Under the pieces are notes generated by a model that did no database searches, was not told the origin of the DNA, and saw only the letters and a list, made by a program, of their open reading frames with translations. Shown here piece after piece: positions 24,152 through 37,444 of a DNA stretch of 64,000 nucleotides. Source of the stretch: Octopus vulgaris (taxonomy: Eukaryota); NCBI GenBank assembly GCA_951406725.2, contig OX597823.1, positions 54,498,001-54,562,000 of the forward strand, given 5' to 3'. The first letter of the stretch is position 1, and each line of letters begins with the position of its first letter. The translations under genes were made by a program, and so were the position numbers.

Positions 24152-24301
24152 CTGGGGAACAGAAAAATGTTATCACAGAAAAAATTTTGCCAGAACTGCA
24201 TTTGTCACCATCTGTATAATTCAGCTGAAGTGTCTTGGTCACATCATTGTAAACAGGTTCATGTTGGTAGCGGCCAAGGCTTTTAGTTGTACCATCAAAT
24301 T
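24152..24301 (-). CDS. IGF2R: CI-MPR exon (repeat 4): FDGTTKSLGRY...GDKCSSGKIFSVITFFCSP
   Basis: 150 nt; AAG acceptor, GTATGA donor; phase 1/1. Confidence 0.9.
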
Positions 24302-26100
24302 CTTTGAAAACAGTAAATATAGCAAATAGATTACAAGGATACAAAAAATGAATAGAAAACAAGATTCAAAAGCAAATTTAATTTGGCATGGTTTGAAATC
24401 AGAATGTTAATCTTTCTGATATACACGACATCACCTCTGATTCTTAAATACAAAACTGCTTGTATTAAAGTAATATTGTTACATTCTGAACAGCATCTTC
24501 ATAATGTAAAAGCTAGATATCTTACTAAATCCCTTCAAAATATTGGTTATATTTAAATTGAATTGAAACACACAAGCAGTGTATTTCATTAGTTACATAA
24601 ACAAAATACAAGGTATTTTATCTAACATTTTACCACTTTTACTTCTCTTTCTCTCCTCTGCGCATACATGTTAAATGAAGGCTAGCAGAAAGCCATTACC
24701 CACATACATTGCAATGAATATTTCCTATAAGAAGTGAAACCGGTTTGTACTTTGGAATATTTACTTCTGCATTTTTCATGTACTTTGGAATGTGTAATCT
24801 TGAAATGATTTAATTGTGGTAATGTATTTTGGGTATATATGAAATTATGGAATGTGTAATAATATATTTTGAAATAATTTGATTGTACTAATCTATTTTT
24901 GAATATGCATTGTTGTATTTTTAAATTAGTTGATTGTAATAATAAATATGCTTTGGAATTAACAACAATGCAAAAGGAATAGCGTATTTTCTCACTATTA
25001 TTATTTTTCCATACGTATGTGTGTGTATACATATATATATATATATATCAAAAGCATGTGTTATACCACTATTCCCCAAATACAAAAATAGCATACCAAC
25101 AATCCAACACACCTCCATCATCAGCTGCCCCACAGAGATCATTATGGTTTCATAGTACCATTCAACATTTGAATGGGCAGTACCATTCAATCTGGTGGTG
25201 TCAACAGCACTAAAATAAGTGTTGTTTGGGAACAAACAAACCAAAAAAACCACAACTTTTAAACACATTTATCCTATGTACAACAGTATCGGTAAATAAA
25301 TTCAATAAGTAAATCAATAACAACTCCTAAATATGGAACTAAATAGTGACCAAACCTTTACATCATACATTTTATTCCTTACAGTCTTCCATAGTATAAG
25401 AAAAGTGAAAGCTTAATAACCACATTCATTCAATCTAAATATAGGCAGAATTATAAACACTAACTTTAAAATTAAACTACACCAAATTCATCATTTTAGT
25501 GTCTGCTTTCCATGCTGCCATGGGTAAAATGGGTTTGATTGGAACTGGTAAGCCAGAGAACTACACCACATTCCACTCCAAGAGTTACCCTCTATGTTAC
25601 ATGCCTGTAACTCCATCTCTCACCCCTTTTCATTAAATACTTCAGTTAGGACATCTCTAAATTTCTGATTATTCAAAGGAACCTTAAGTTTCCAGATCCT
25701 TAGCATATACACAGTTCTATGGCTAAGAAGTTTGCTTCACAACCATATGATTTTGGGTTCAGTTCCACAGTATAACACTTTGGACAAGTGTCTTCTCCTA
25801 TAGCCTTGGGCTGAGCAATGCCTCGTAAGTAATAAATAGCTGGAGAAGCTGTGTGTGTACGTGTGAGAGACAGAGAGAGAGAGAATGTGTGTGAGTGTGA
25901 GTGAGATTGGGTATGTGTGTGTGAGAATGTGTATGTGTGTCTTGTCCATGTGATGTTTTGTTTATGTCACACATGAACAAAGAGTAAGGGTCAGTGCCAA
26001 GGAGAGTATCCAGCATTTTATAAAAAGCGAAGATAAAATCAGTGATGATAATATTTATCATCATTATCAAGATGTAAAATATTAAAGGCAAAAAACTTAC

Positions 26101-26232
26101 TTTTCAAACAAATAGCACTGTCTGTAGGACATTTCACAGCTCTTCCAGAAGGCATAATATCGTGACAGACATTGAGGAGTATTTCTGCATCATCATTATA
26201 CTCATGACCATTTAGTGCAACCCAATTATTAT
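26101..26232 (-). CDS. IGF2R: CI-MPR exon (repeat 4): NNWVALNGHEY...LLNVCHDI...CPTDSAICLK
   Basis: 132 nt; CAG acceptor, GTAAGT donor; phase 1/1; absent from the ORF track. Confidence 0.92.
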
Positions 26233-26395
26233 CTGAAACAGAGAAATGATGTATATATTATAATTATCTTTATTGTGGTATGAACAAAAGTTGTAGTTGT
26301 TTATCACAAGCCCCAAAGTCATTGCTGAATTAGTAGACATATGATCTATACTCTCCAGATGTGATGAACTTGTCATTTTCTGGCCGATCTCTAAC

Positions 26396-26966
26396 TGTGG
26401 AGGGAACCTGTGTAAGAGGTAGAGCCATAGCGTTTATAACAGATAAAAAGAAAGACAATGGAATTCACAAGATTCTTTATTAATCACTACGATTGCTTTG
26501 ACCCATCGTGCATCAGTTCGTTGTGGGTGAGATGTTGTACAAACAGTTGTGCATCATTGATGCAGATGTGTCTCACCACGTGACTTGTCAAAAGGAAACT
26601 CATTTTTTTTTAATCTCCACTTTGCTTATTTTGATTAGAATGCAGTTTGGTACTTGCTTGTAGCTACTTGCGTACACAAGAATCTTGAGTTACAGTGAAG
26701 AACACTTCTTGCATATGATGAAAACCGTACACATTACAGTGAAGAACACTTCTATGAGAAGTGTTCTTCATTGTAACTCAAGTTTCTCATGTATGTGGTG
26801 GCTACAGATAACTACCAAAATGTATTCTAATCAAAATAAGTGAAAAGGATAAAAAAAATATGAGGTATTTTTTAAAAAGTCACCTGATGAGAAACAGCTG
26901 CACCAACAATGCACCACAACTGTACACAAAAGTAGAATAAACACAACATTCACTATTCCCTCCACA
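26396..26966. mobile_element. Fold-back element
   Basis: Termini TGTGGAGGGAA / TTCCCTCCACA; inverted arms ~26540-26710 and ~26757-26925; internal duplication of ttacagtgaagaacacttct. Confidence 0.65.
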
Positions 26967-28176
26967 CGTTTCCCCATTGTGGTTTGTTGCATCTTCTACA
27001 ATGTGTGTTAATAGTGCATTGGGTGAAAATCCATAACTTCTTCAGAGGACCAGTTCATTATATTATATTATATTTATATAAAAGAACAAATGCTTGTCCT
27101 GGGATAAATGGCATGATTTTATATAAATATGTTCAGAGGATAGAGAAAGAGAGAAACAGAAAGAATGAACAAACAAGAGAGAGAGAGGGAGAGAGAGAAG
27201 GATGGGTAGAAAAAAGAGAGAAGGAAGAAAAGGGGTAAAAGGAAACAGACTGAAAAGACAGGGACAATACAAAGGTAATAATATTGGATAGGGATTAGCT
27301 CCTTAAAATGACTATATCATCGTCATCATTATCTACATTTAATGTTGGTTTTTCCATGCTGGCATGGTTTGGATGGTTTGACAAGAGCTGGCCAACTGAA
27401 GAGCTGCTTGGGGTCCATGTCTGCTTTGGCATGGTTTCTTTGGCTGGATGTTGTTCCTGAAGCCAACCACTTTACAGAGTGTACTGAGCATGGGTGTTTT
27501 CACATGACACTGACACAGGTGCTTTTTATGTGGCACTGACACCCATGAGCCTGCAAGCCTGGAAGAGTAGGATTGTTTGGCTGAAATGGGATGTAAAGGA
27601 CATGCCTGTATGCAAGGACGACCATGATTTTACTTTGCTTGACATGTCTTCTAAAGTACAGCAAACTGCCAGAGGATTCAGTTCCTTGTCATCCCTTCTG
27701 TGAGGCCCAACATCTGAAGGTCTTTCCTCACCACTTTGCCCTACATCTTCCTGGGTCTATACTTTCCACACATTCCCTCCACAATTAAAGATTGACAATT
27801 CTTGATGCAGCTGTTTTTATACATATATATATATATATATAATATGAGGGAATATTATTCCAAACTTACAGGGAAAATTCAATTTAGAAATACTAAATCA
27901 AATTTCACAAAATATTATATATAAATTAGAAAAAACCACCTTTTATCAACTCAATAATGAAAAATTAAATTATACCATCTAGAAAATTACATATTATACA
28001 TATTATAGAAAGATTAAATATAAGATAAAACATATAACGATGATTAAGTAATGTGCAAAATAATAAATAAAACCTATATATTTGGTATATTTTATTTTTT
28101 CATTATTGAACACACATACACACACAAAGACTATCAATATATACACATTAGAATACTATATAGATTTATACTTTAC

Positions 28177-28332
28177 CAGAGGTATATCTGAGGCTGGACA
28201 AATCAAAAAGTTTGCCATTATTTACAGTGTTGCACTTTTCCTGTAATGGATGATCAATGCAGGCATAGGATGTATACCAATCAAAGTAGTAGCTGCAATA
28301 TTCTTCAAAACGGTAAACTGGTTTGCTATTTA
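28177..28332 (-). CDS. IGF2R: CI-MPR exon (repeat 3/4): NSKPVYRFEEYCSYYFDWYTSYAC...FDLSSLRYTS
   Basis: 156 nt; CAG acceptor, GTAAAG donor; phase 1/1. Confidence 0.92.
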
Positions 28333-28505
28333 CTGGAACAAAAATGGTAAACAACACCAACTTAATTATAATCAAGTGCAAATGAAAATTTCTAATAACT
28401 GTGATATGTAACATTGTTACAAAGGGGGAAAGAAAAAAATGATGGGGAGATACATAGGTGATTAAAATTGATGTCAGTATTTGATCAGTATCAATTTTAA
28501 TTTCA

Positions 28506-28806
28506 GAAACACACAAAAGCTGTTCGATTCACTTCAACATTTAAGTTTAATTTGTCAAAATATTTTCTTCGCTTTAAGACCGCGACCTGTTTACTGACAA
28601 AAACCCGTGCTGCATTTTTGTCAGTGAACAGGTCGCAGTCTTAAAGCGACGAAAATATTTTGACAAATTAAACTTAAATGTTGAAGTGAATCGAACGGCT
28701 TTTGTGTGTTTCTTAAATGGCTTACAAACACCTTCCACGCTGCAATTGTTTTTGTTTCAGCACACGATCTCAGATCAAATCACTTGCTATGCAAGTACAT
28801 CTCTGT
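28506..28806 (+). mobile_element. Young fold-back insertion (inverted duplication plus unique tail) with 13-bp TSD; probable Penelope-like terminal repeat
   Basis: ~97-bp arms with 4 mismatches (28506-28712); AATTTTAATTTCA at 28493-28505 and 28807-28819. Confidence 0.8.
28617..28667 (+). ncRNA. Putative minimal type I hammerhead ribozyme, G3:C8 variant
   Basis: TTTGTCA-GTGAACA-G-GTCGC(agtcttaaa)GCGAC-GAAA-ATAT-TT-TGACAAA: stem I, core, stem II, GAAA, palindromic stem III, UH. Confidence 0.55.
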
Positions 28807-31800
28807 AATTTTAATTTCATTTTATCAATCTCAGAAGGTTGAGAGGCAAAGCTGATAATCATTGAACCTAAAATGTAAAGTGTTGTAATTAAATAATGCA
28901 ATGCAAATTTGTCTGACACTCTACTATTCTAACAATCATTAATGTGTTGTTCTTGGTAGTCTCTTGTATCCAAGAAAGATGATTCTGCAATTTCTTAGGG
29001 AACAACCTGCACAGATGATTTGTTTATAGTGATCAAATGTGCGTGCTGTACATGAGCTCACTGCTGCCATGAAATCAACATTGGCTGTACAATTGCTTGG
29101 GGTATCAAATGTCAACGTGATCACAGAGCAATGTGAAATAAAGCGTTTTGCTCAAGAGTACAATGCATCAACAAGTCTTGGAAATGAAACTACAATGCTG
29201 AAACAGTAAGTATAATACCCTAACAATATTGATTGGTAAATGTATATGCTGAAACTTATATACTGAAAGCCAAACTGTGGATATTCCAGAGATCAAACTG
29301 GCAATAATTGCAGTTTTTAGCAAGGTTCTCTAAATATGAATTTGTTTTAACCCACAGGTGCACTCTGTTACCATAGTAAAAGGAACTCTACCTTAAACCA
29401 AGACAGAAGCCTCTATACAGCCACCCAATCTGCTACAAATAATAGCAAACTCTCCCTCAAATCAGATCCCTTTTGTCTTGAAGGATATACATTAAATAAT
29501 GAAGTACTAATCCAGGACTAACAAAAACCATTATAGTTCACAAGTCAACAAGGGGTCTTTTATACAGTCACTCAACCTACTAGAAGTAATAACCAAATCT
29601 ACTATCTTAAAAAAGAACATATTGGATAATCAAGTCCTAAACATATTACATGCATGGAAAAAGAAAATGGTTGTAGTAGGAATTCCTTTGTTTGATCAGA
29701 AATAACCTGGTGGGAAAAACAACCATGACTTACAAAAGCTTCTTCAGTATGCAACCAGATACATTAGATATCTTACACAAAGATTTTTGGCAGTGTGGTT
29801 GAGAAGCTTGTTTGCCAATCACATAATCTTGGATTCAGTCACTCTGTGGCACCTTGTACACGTATCTTCTACTATAGCCCTAGGCCAACCAATGCCTTAT
29901 GAGTGGATTTGGTTGATGTAAACTGAAAGAAGCTCAACATGCGTATGTGAGGGGGGGGGGGTGCTTAGTAGTGGGTCTTTGGCCCATGAGTTCAATTACT
30001 GGCAGTGCATTATGTCCTTGTGCAAGACACTTTATCTCACGTTGGTCCAGTCCACTCAGCTGGCAAAAATAAGTTGTAACTGTATTTCAAAGGATCAGTC
30101 TTATCACAATCTGTATCGCACTGAAGTTCTCAGTGAACTATGTTAAGGATATGCGTGTCTGTGGATTGCACAGCCACTGACATGTTAATTTCACAAGCAG
30201 GTTATCCCATAGATCGAATCAACTGGAACCCTCATTGTCGCAATCAATGGAGTATCAGTTACCTTTGCTGGGACATCACATGATGGATGTAAATGAGTAT
30301 CATCTCATACAAGTAAGGGTATTCATTTCCAGTTTCCAATGAAAAATATATCTAGCTATGAGAATATATTACCTTGCTTGGAAACAAGTAAGAGCTGGTA
30401 ACAGCAAGGCACCCAACTGTAGAAAATCTACTGCAACAATTTCCACCTGACCCATGCAAACATGGAAAAGTGGATGTTAAATGATGGTGATGATGATGTT
30501 ACTATGTTTTAATTGACTTTAGACTATGTGTGATATATATTTTATTAACAGTAGAAAGTAGTTGATACTGTTTAAACTAGGTGAGCCCAAATCAAGCTGG
30601 CCTACAATCAAATGTGTTCTAGCTGTGATCATCCTACATTTTTTTTCTAGGACTGTTTTTAGCTTTAAACAATATGATGTGCTTCTCGTCAATTAATACT
30701 GTAAAATGTAATTTGATGTACACTTGGCTGCTATTTCCAGCATTTCTAGCATTTCAAGTAACACTGTAGCAGCTTTCTCAGAATGTGGAGGAGTGACCTA
30801 CCATTTCTACCACTAGCCATCTAATAACGGATACTGTACTTGAATTAATACCTGAAAATCTCTTAGAATTTGGAGAAATTTTAATTAGATAGTTGTCATT
30901 TTACATTACTAAGTGGTTGGGTACTCTGTTGGTTATGATGACGAGGGATCCACTGCATTCTATCGGCAGAACAGCTTGCTCATGACTTTAACCAGCAAGT
31001 GGCTGAGCACTCCACAGACACATACCATTAGCTTAGTTCTCAGGGAGATTCAGCATGGAACAAAATTTGACAAGGCTAGCCCTTTGAATTACAGGTACAA
31101 CTCATTTTCAGCAGCTGAGTGAGTGAACAAGAACAATATGAAAACAAAAAATTTTGCTCAAGGACTCAACATGCTGCTGGGAATTGAACTCCTGACCTTA
31201 CATTCATGAACCAAATACACAAACCACTAAGCCACACACCTTCACGAAGCTAGAATCAGGAACATTATGGCATAAAATCATGGTTGAAGGTTTTAAACTT
31301 AAAAAGAAACATTTTAAAACTGGCAGTTTTGCATAAAGAGAACCTAGGTTGGTGTTGAGAAGATTTTAAAAGATGTAGGTGTCAAAATCAAATATTACAA
31401 ACCACTTGGTCTATTGTTCTACCTATTCTTTTAACTTATGACCTTCCATTGGTTTTTTTTTCAATGATTACATTTTTTTATTTATTTATTGCAATTAAGT
31501 CAATTTAAGACACATTTGAAACAGATGTTGCCATACATTACCAGATGTCACCATGAAAAAATGGGCAGCCACTGTTAGCCAAAATTTATATAGTGAAATT
31601 AAATAATTCTAAAGTGACAAAATCCTTTATGAAATAAAACTATTTTCAAATATTATTAAGAGTATTGTATTTTACTTGAACTACTGTAATGTGTAAATGA
31701 TATATTGTTTTAAAAAAGAAAAATACCTTTAGGCAGTATTGGTGAGAATATGTAAGGAGATGCCAATAAATAAAAGCAAAGATATGATATTGTATTGCCT

Positions 31801-33008
31801 TATACATTTTATCTGACTACTTCACGCATAAATCAAAATGGTAAATGATAGTCTTGAATGAAGTACTATATTCACGGCGAGGAAGGTTTCCATGACTTTT
31901 TTTATTATTATTATTTCCTAATTTTACAATTACTGCATATCAACAAATATTTAAGTGGGAAATAAAATATATTTACCTTACAAACTGCAGAACTGACCAG
32001 TATTTGATTTTCACACCCTACATCTTTTTAATTGACTGACAAGTTGTAGTGAAATTATTTGCCCACCTCAAAAGTAAGTAATTTCAAATCATAGGGGAAA
32101 AAACCGCATTCAATAGACTGAAGTAGATTATAGCAAAATCAACTGACTGAATGTTTTAGTAAATTCATTTGCTATTTTTATTACCTTTCTCTCTCATTTT
32201 CCAGTCTCCCCATCATTATCTTTTTAATTTCATTACAGTCTATTGTTTGTTGTGTTTGAGAATGAAATATTCATAGCCATTTGTTTTTTCAGTAGTGTGC
32301 AAGGGAAAATTAACTTTGATAAAAATAAAATGCAAACCTTATTTTTCCTAATGTTGCATGTGAATTCAATAATAAGTTGAATAAATTCATTTATTAAATT
32401 CAATTTCTTCAAATAAATTACTTGAGAGTCTTCTTGATCTGAGGAAAGTATGCAATGGACAAACAAATGGGTGGAAGGACAGAGAAACAGAGGTCTTATA
32501 ATATAAAGTATTTTGATTATCCAAGAGAGGTGAATGGCCAGAATTGTTAGAACGTTGAACAAAATGTCCCACAGTATTTCTTCCATCTATTTATAGTTTG
32601 AGTTCAAATCTTGCAAAGGTCAGCTTTGTATTTAACTCTTTTAGGGTCTATACAATAGAGGAGCAATCAAATACTGGAGTTGATTTAATCAACTAACTCC
32701 CATCCTTTAAAACTGCTGGCTTTGTGTCTATATTACAAATTTTAAGAGCAGTGGATTGGCAAGATCAATAGAGTTCCAGACAAAATGCCTTTCAATATTT
32801 GCCTCATAATCTAATGTAAGAACTTTTACATTAAATTACATTACTCCTATCACATAAAAGGCCAGAATTTATGAATAAACATAAAGTTAATTATCTTATT
32901 AAAATCTTGATTATTTTTATAATTAATTGAAACAAATAGGTAGTTTATTTCATCTGATATCAGGTTGTGGAACAGTCTAGAAAGAAAATGAAAATATAAA
33001 ATACACAC

Positions 33009-33112
33009 CAGCAGATTTATTACAATGAAATTCAATAATTGTTTTCCGTTTTAAATTTGAGGAACATATTTGGCCTTCTTTATATGTCAGTGTCAGATGA
33101 CGATCATTGTAT
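33009..33112 (-). CDS. IGF2R: CI-MPR exon (repeat 3): YNDRHLTLTYKEGQICSSNLKRKTIIEFHCNKSA
   Basis: 104 nt; CAG acceptor, GTGTGT donor; phase 2/1. Confidence 0.92.
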
Positions 33113-33399
33113 CTGTTGGTAATAAAGAAATAAAGATATAAAAAAAAGGAGTAAAAACATAAGCAGAGACACAGAGGAAGATGCAAGCATAAGTAGAAAT
33201 ATTACTTTGTAACAAAGATCTAGCACAGCATAGCTGTCAGTCACAAGTTGACTGAGACTTTGTAGCAAGAAGCAAGCTTTCATTAATTGTTGTAGGTGCC
33301 TATGCAGTTAGAAGCAGACATAGACAGTCTCTTAGTCTTTCTGCCCTTAATATCAGAGATGTGATGGTTGGAAAGAGAGAAGCACTTGGTGGCACTCAA

Positions 33400-34418
33400 T
33401 TTCCATAGTAACAAGTGAAGTTGTTACCACAAGTTCTTTTTGTTGTTTATTAAATACTTAAAACACATGCATGAGATGTGCTAAAAATAACAGTTTAATA
33501 GGCCTTAAACAAAATCAAAATTGAAATGCCTTGCTCAAGTACACAATGTGTAACCCTGTCAAGAAATCAGTACTAAGGGTACATGACCCCAGAATACTGA
33601 CCAGAGTGGACATCTGATTTTATAGACACCTCACAGTACTTTGTTGGCATTTACTTTATCTACCCTGAGATAATGCAAAGTAAAGTTGACCTCAATAAGA
33701 CTTGAACTCTAAATGTCAAGGCTCTAGAAAAGTTTTATCACAAGGCATTTTATTTGATGCACAAATGATTCTCATAAACTACTGCCCTTCAACAAAAAAA
33801 GGCAAAATAGTAGAGTATCCACGTAATTTTTGAATAGTTATATGGTCAAAAGTGTATTTAGTGATAGAACACACTAATTAGCTGAAGTGTATTCAGATAG
33901 AAGGTAAAATGGATCTTTTCTGTTTGGTTGCACCTATGGAAATTTCAAAGTTTAGTGAAAAATTTTTAATTTGGTGTATTGATGTAATTTTCCACGTTGA
34001 ATCTCAGGAGATAATTCACTTTTTCTGGAAAATTTAACAAAAAACAAAAAGTTATGGAGGTTTAAAGTTTGATCATTTTTAACCAGTCAGAAAACAGGAT
34101 TTGGAAGTTGTCATTTTGTGCATGAAAGAACGTGCTGTCAACTGTAAACAAATGAAATATTGGTGGCATTCTGCTTTATGCATACCATATAACTCCTCAT
34201 AACTTTATCTTTTTGCAATTTTCAGAAAATTTTTGAAAATTTGTATTCTACGCACAGGAATTCATACAATTATGCAAAAACCAGAACAAAAAATCTTTTC
34301 GTGATTTTAAGGTCTATTTAACTGTTATTTTTAGCACATCTCATGCAACATGTGTTTTAAGTATTTAATAAACAACAAAAAGAACTTGTGGTAACAACTT
34401 CACTTGTTGCAATGGAAA
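33400..34418. repeat. ~110-bp inverted repeat pair (33400-33509 and 34306-34418), probable DNA-transposon relic
   Basis: aacaagtgaagttgttaccacaagttctttttgttgtttattaaatacttaaaacacatg versus its reverse complement. Confidence 0.75.
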
Positions 34419-34764
34419 CAGGCACCTATATGTCTGTGGCTTTCAATTGGCTAAAATTACCCAAAATTTACACACTTTAGAAGCTATTAACTCTTTATTT
34501 ATTGATTCATGTCAACAGTTACTGTAGAAAATTACACCAATATGCCAAGCTTGAAATCAATTGGAACAAAAATTGAAGATATTGAAAAGTGACAGTCAAA
34601 CAAGAACATAAACCACATAAATCTCACAGCTAGGAAGGTCTTGGAATGCAATGATTATAGCTGTCTCCTTTAGATCAAGCATCAAAATATAAAGAAACAA
34701 AGGTAAAAAAAAATATGCATTGCTAGAATGAAGACAGTAGCATGATTTGCTTAAATTTACTAAC

Positions 34765-34951
34765 CTTAAGACTGAATGTTGATTACTACCAAGGACTCTG
34801 GCAAATTGGTCATTATCAGGCTTCCTTTGACACACAGAAGGGTGATATCTGTCATCTTCCACACTTCCAAAGCATCCTATTGTGTGGCCAATTGCCAAAC
34901 TAATCTTGTACTTAGTACCGTCTTTTTCAGTTGCATCTACGATATAATTCT
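34765..34951 (-). CDS. IGF2R: CI-MPR exon (repeat 3): NYIVDATEKD...SVCQRKPDNDQFARVLGSNQHSVL
   Basis: 187 nt; CAG acceptor, GTTAGT donor; phase 1/2. Confidence 0.9.
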
Positions 34952-35196
34952 CTGAAGAACAAAATATAACATAAGTCCAAAAAATTAAAATCTTTCCCGT
35001 GAATATATTTTACAGAACTATCATGTACTACATGTATTCGTAATGCTGTTTTGAGCCAACATTGCATTGTATTGTTTGCTTTCTCAAAATAACTGCTGGA
35101 AGATTATATACAGGTGAAGACATGGCTTTGTGGGTAAGGAGTTTGCATCCCAACCACATGGTTTTGGGATCAATCTCACTGCATGGTACCTTGGAC

Positions 35197-35405
35197 ATAC
35201 ATATATACATACACACATATATATATATACATATATGTATATATATATATATATAGATACGTATATATATATATACACACACACATATATATATAGATAC
35301 GTACGTATATATATACACACACACACATATATATATACATATATATAGATACGTACGTATATATATACATACACATACATATATATATACATATATATAG
35401 ATACG

Positions 35406-35478
<73 letters not shown>

Positions 35479-35632
35479 GAACATATATATAGAGATAGAC
35501 AGATAGATAGATACATATATACAGATAATATATAAATATATATAGATACATATATACAGATAATATATATAAATATAGGTACATATATACAGATAATACA
35601 TAAATATATATAGATACAAATATACAGATAAT
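35197..35632. repeat. Compound (TA)n/(CA)n microsatellite
   Basis: Directly visible; follows a SINE A head. Confidence 0.95.
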
Positions 35633-35873
35633 AACCAAGAAAAAAGCAACAAGAATGGATCGGTAGATTAGTACAATTGTTTCATACTAAAAACATTTAA
35701 TTTCAATATTGTATTGACACAGGGCCATGCAGTGAAATCGAACCCAGAACCATGTGCTTGGGCAACAAACTTCTTACGATGCAGTCCCACACACACACTC
35801 ACATATTTACACATAGAACAAAAATTTCACATGAAGCAAATAAGAGGGAAAAGGGTCAAAGGAATAAACTTAC

Positions 35874-36033
35874 TCTTTGATAGGGGTGTAAGATCAAAAT
35901 CAATATCATCTTTCTCCCGAATGAGTTGTAAAGAATTCTTCACAGAAATTTCAGATTCTTCACAAGCATACTGTGTGATCCAATCAACTTTAAACAGACA
36001 ATCACTCTGTGAAACTATTGGAGAATTGCCTTC
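35874..36033 (-). CDS. IGF2R: CI-MPR exon (repeat 2/3): EGNSPIVSQSDCLFKVDWITQYAC...DFDLTPLSK
   Basis: 160 nt; CAG acceptor, GTAAGT donor; phase 0/1; absent from the ORF track, translated by hand. Confidence 0.92.
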
Positions 36034-37130
36034 CTGGAGAATAGAAAATGGAAGAAGAAATATTGGTGATTTTAAGTGTGAAATAATGCAATTTTAGAAC
36101 ATTCCAGCAAGTATGAAGTACAAGAACAAAGAGAAAAATTTGTTATTTTAAAAATTTAGTGATTTATTGTCAAACAAACAGACAGAAAGATAACCACTCA
36201 GGGTACAAATTTATGAGTTTAGAGGAAATGAGTGAGTGATTTTAGTGCTTTTCTCTACAACACAAGTAATATATTTTAATTTAAATTGACTCACAGTTGA
36301 GGAATTGAAGTTATGTTGTGGATTCACCTTCATAGAATATTAATTAAATGCCTAAATTAAATGGTTACAACTTTTCAAACTATCAATTTCAACTTTAGAA
36401 ACAACAGACTTTTTCAATATTTACATCTTCACACAATCCCCACACTATCACACCTACTTACTTACCTTTTCTCTTCATCTATCCTATTCTCTCTCTCGTA
36501 TTCACCTTGTACCTTGACTCCACTTTTCTCTCCCTAGATCTCTCTTCCAGATGGGAAAGCAATGTATTCATTGCTTCAGCAAGATACCTGCTTCTGGGCC
36601 TCAACAATACTTCCATATCCCTCATTACTACATCACCCCACTCCCATCTCAGTCGAGGTGGGGTGTCTTGATTTGTGAGTTACTTGGTAACCTTGCTAGT
36701 GCTGGGGTCATGAAAAAAGCAACCAGTGCACTTTGTGAAGTGGTTGACATTAGAACCGAGCACCCAGCTGCAGAAACTATGCCAAAGCAGACACTGAAGC
36801 TTGGTGCAGCCCTCTTGTCAGTTCATGTCAAACCAGCCAACCCATGTCAGCTTAAAAAAATACACATTACATATTCATAAATATTTTCTGATTAGCATGA
36901 TTTCCTATTGTCATCAGGTGTCACATTCCCGGTTGTGTACAGAGTACCAAACTGGATTCAAACTGTAAATTCTTCAGTAAAAGCTAAAATATATTTTTGC
37001 TCTTAGTTATGACATAGAAGTTACTAACTGAAATGGTACTATGCACACATCTAGGAATAAGATAACCAATGACTATCAGTGATCAAAATGATTGAAACAT
37101 ATAGTTATAAAGATATAAAATAATAATAAT

Positions 37131-37444
37131 CATCATCATCATCTTCGTTTAGCGTCTGCTTTCCATGCTAGCATGGGTTGGACGGTTCAACTGGGGTTTG
37201 GGAAGCCAGAAGGTTGCACCAGGCCCAGTCTAATCTGGCAATGTTTCTACGGCTGGATGCCCTTCCTAACGCCAACCACTCCGTGAGTGTAGTGGGTGCT
37301 TTTTATGTGCCACCGGCACAGGTGTCAGACGAGGCTGGCAAACGGCCATGATCGGATGGTGCTTTTTACGTGCCACCAGCACGGGGGCCAGGCGAGGCTG
37401 GCAACGGCCACAATCGGATGGTGCTTTTTACGTACCACCAGCAC
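37131..37444 (-). mobile_element. Young RTE 3'-end fragment inserted in (AAT)n
   Basis: (CAT)n tail; AATAATAATAAT at 37119-37130 and 37445-37456. Confidence 0.85.

Noticed and set aside
35028-35652. Long Y/I/V/C-rich ORFs (also 18100-18458, 20145-20655, 58786-59122)
   Set aside because: Translations of TA/CA microsatellites
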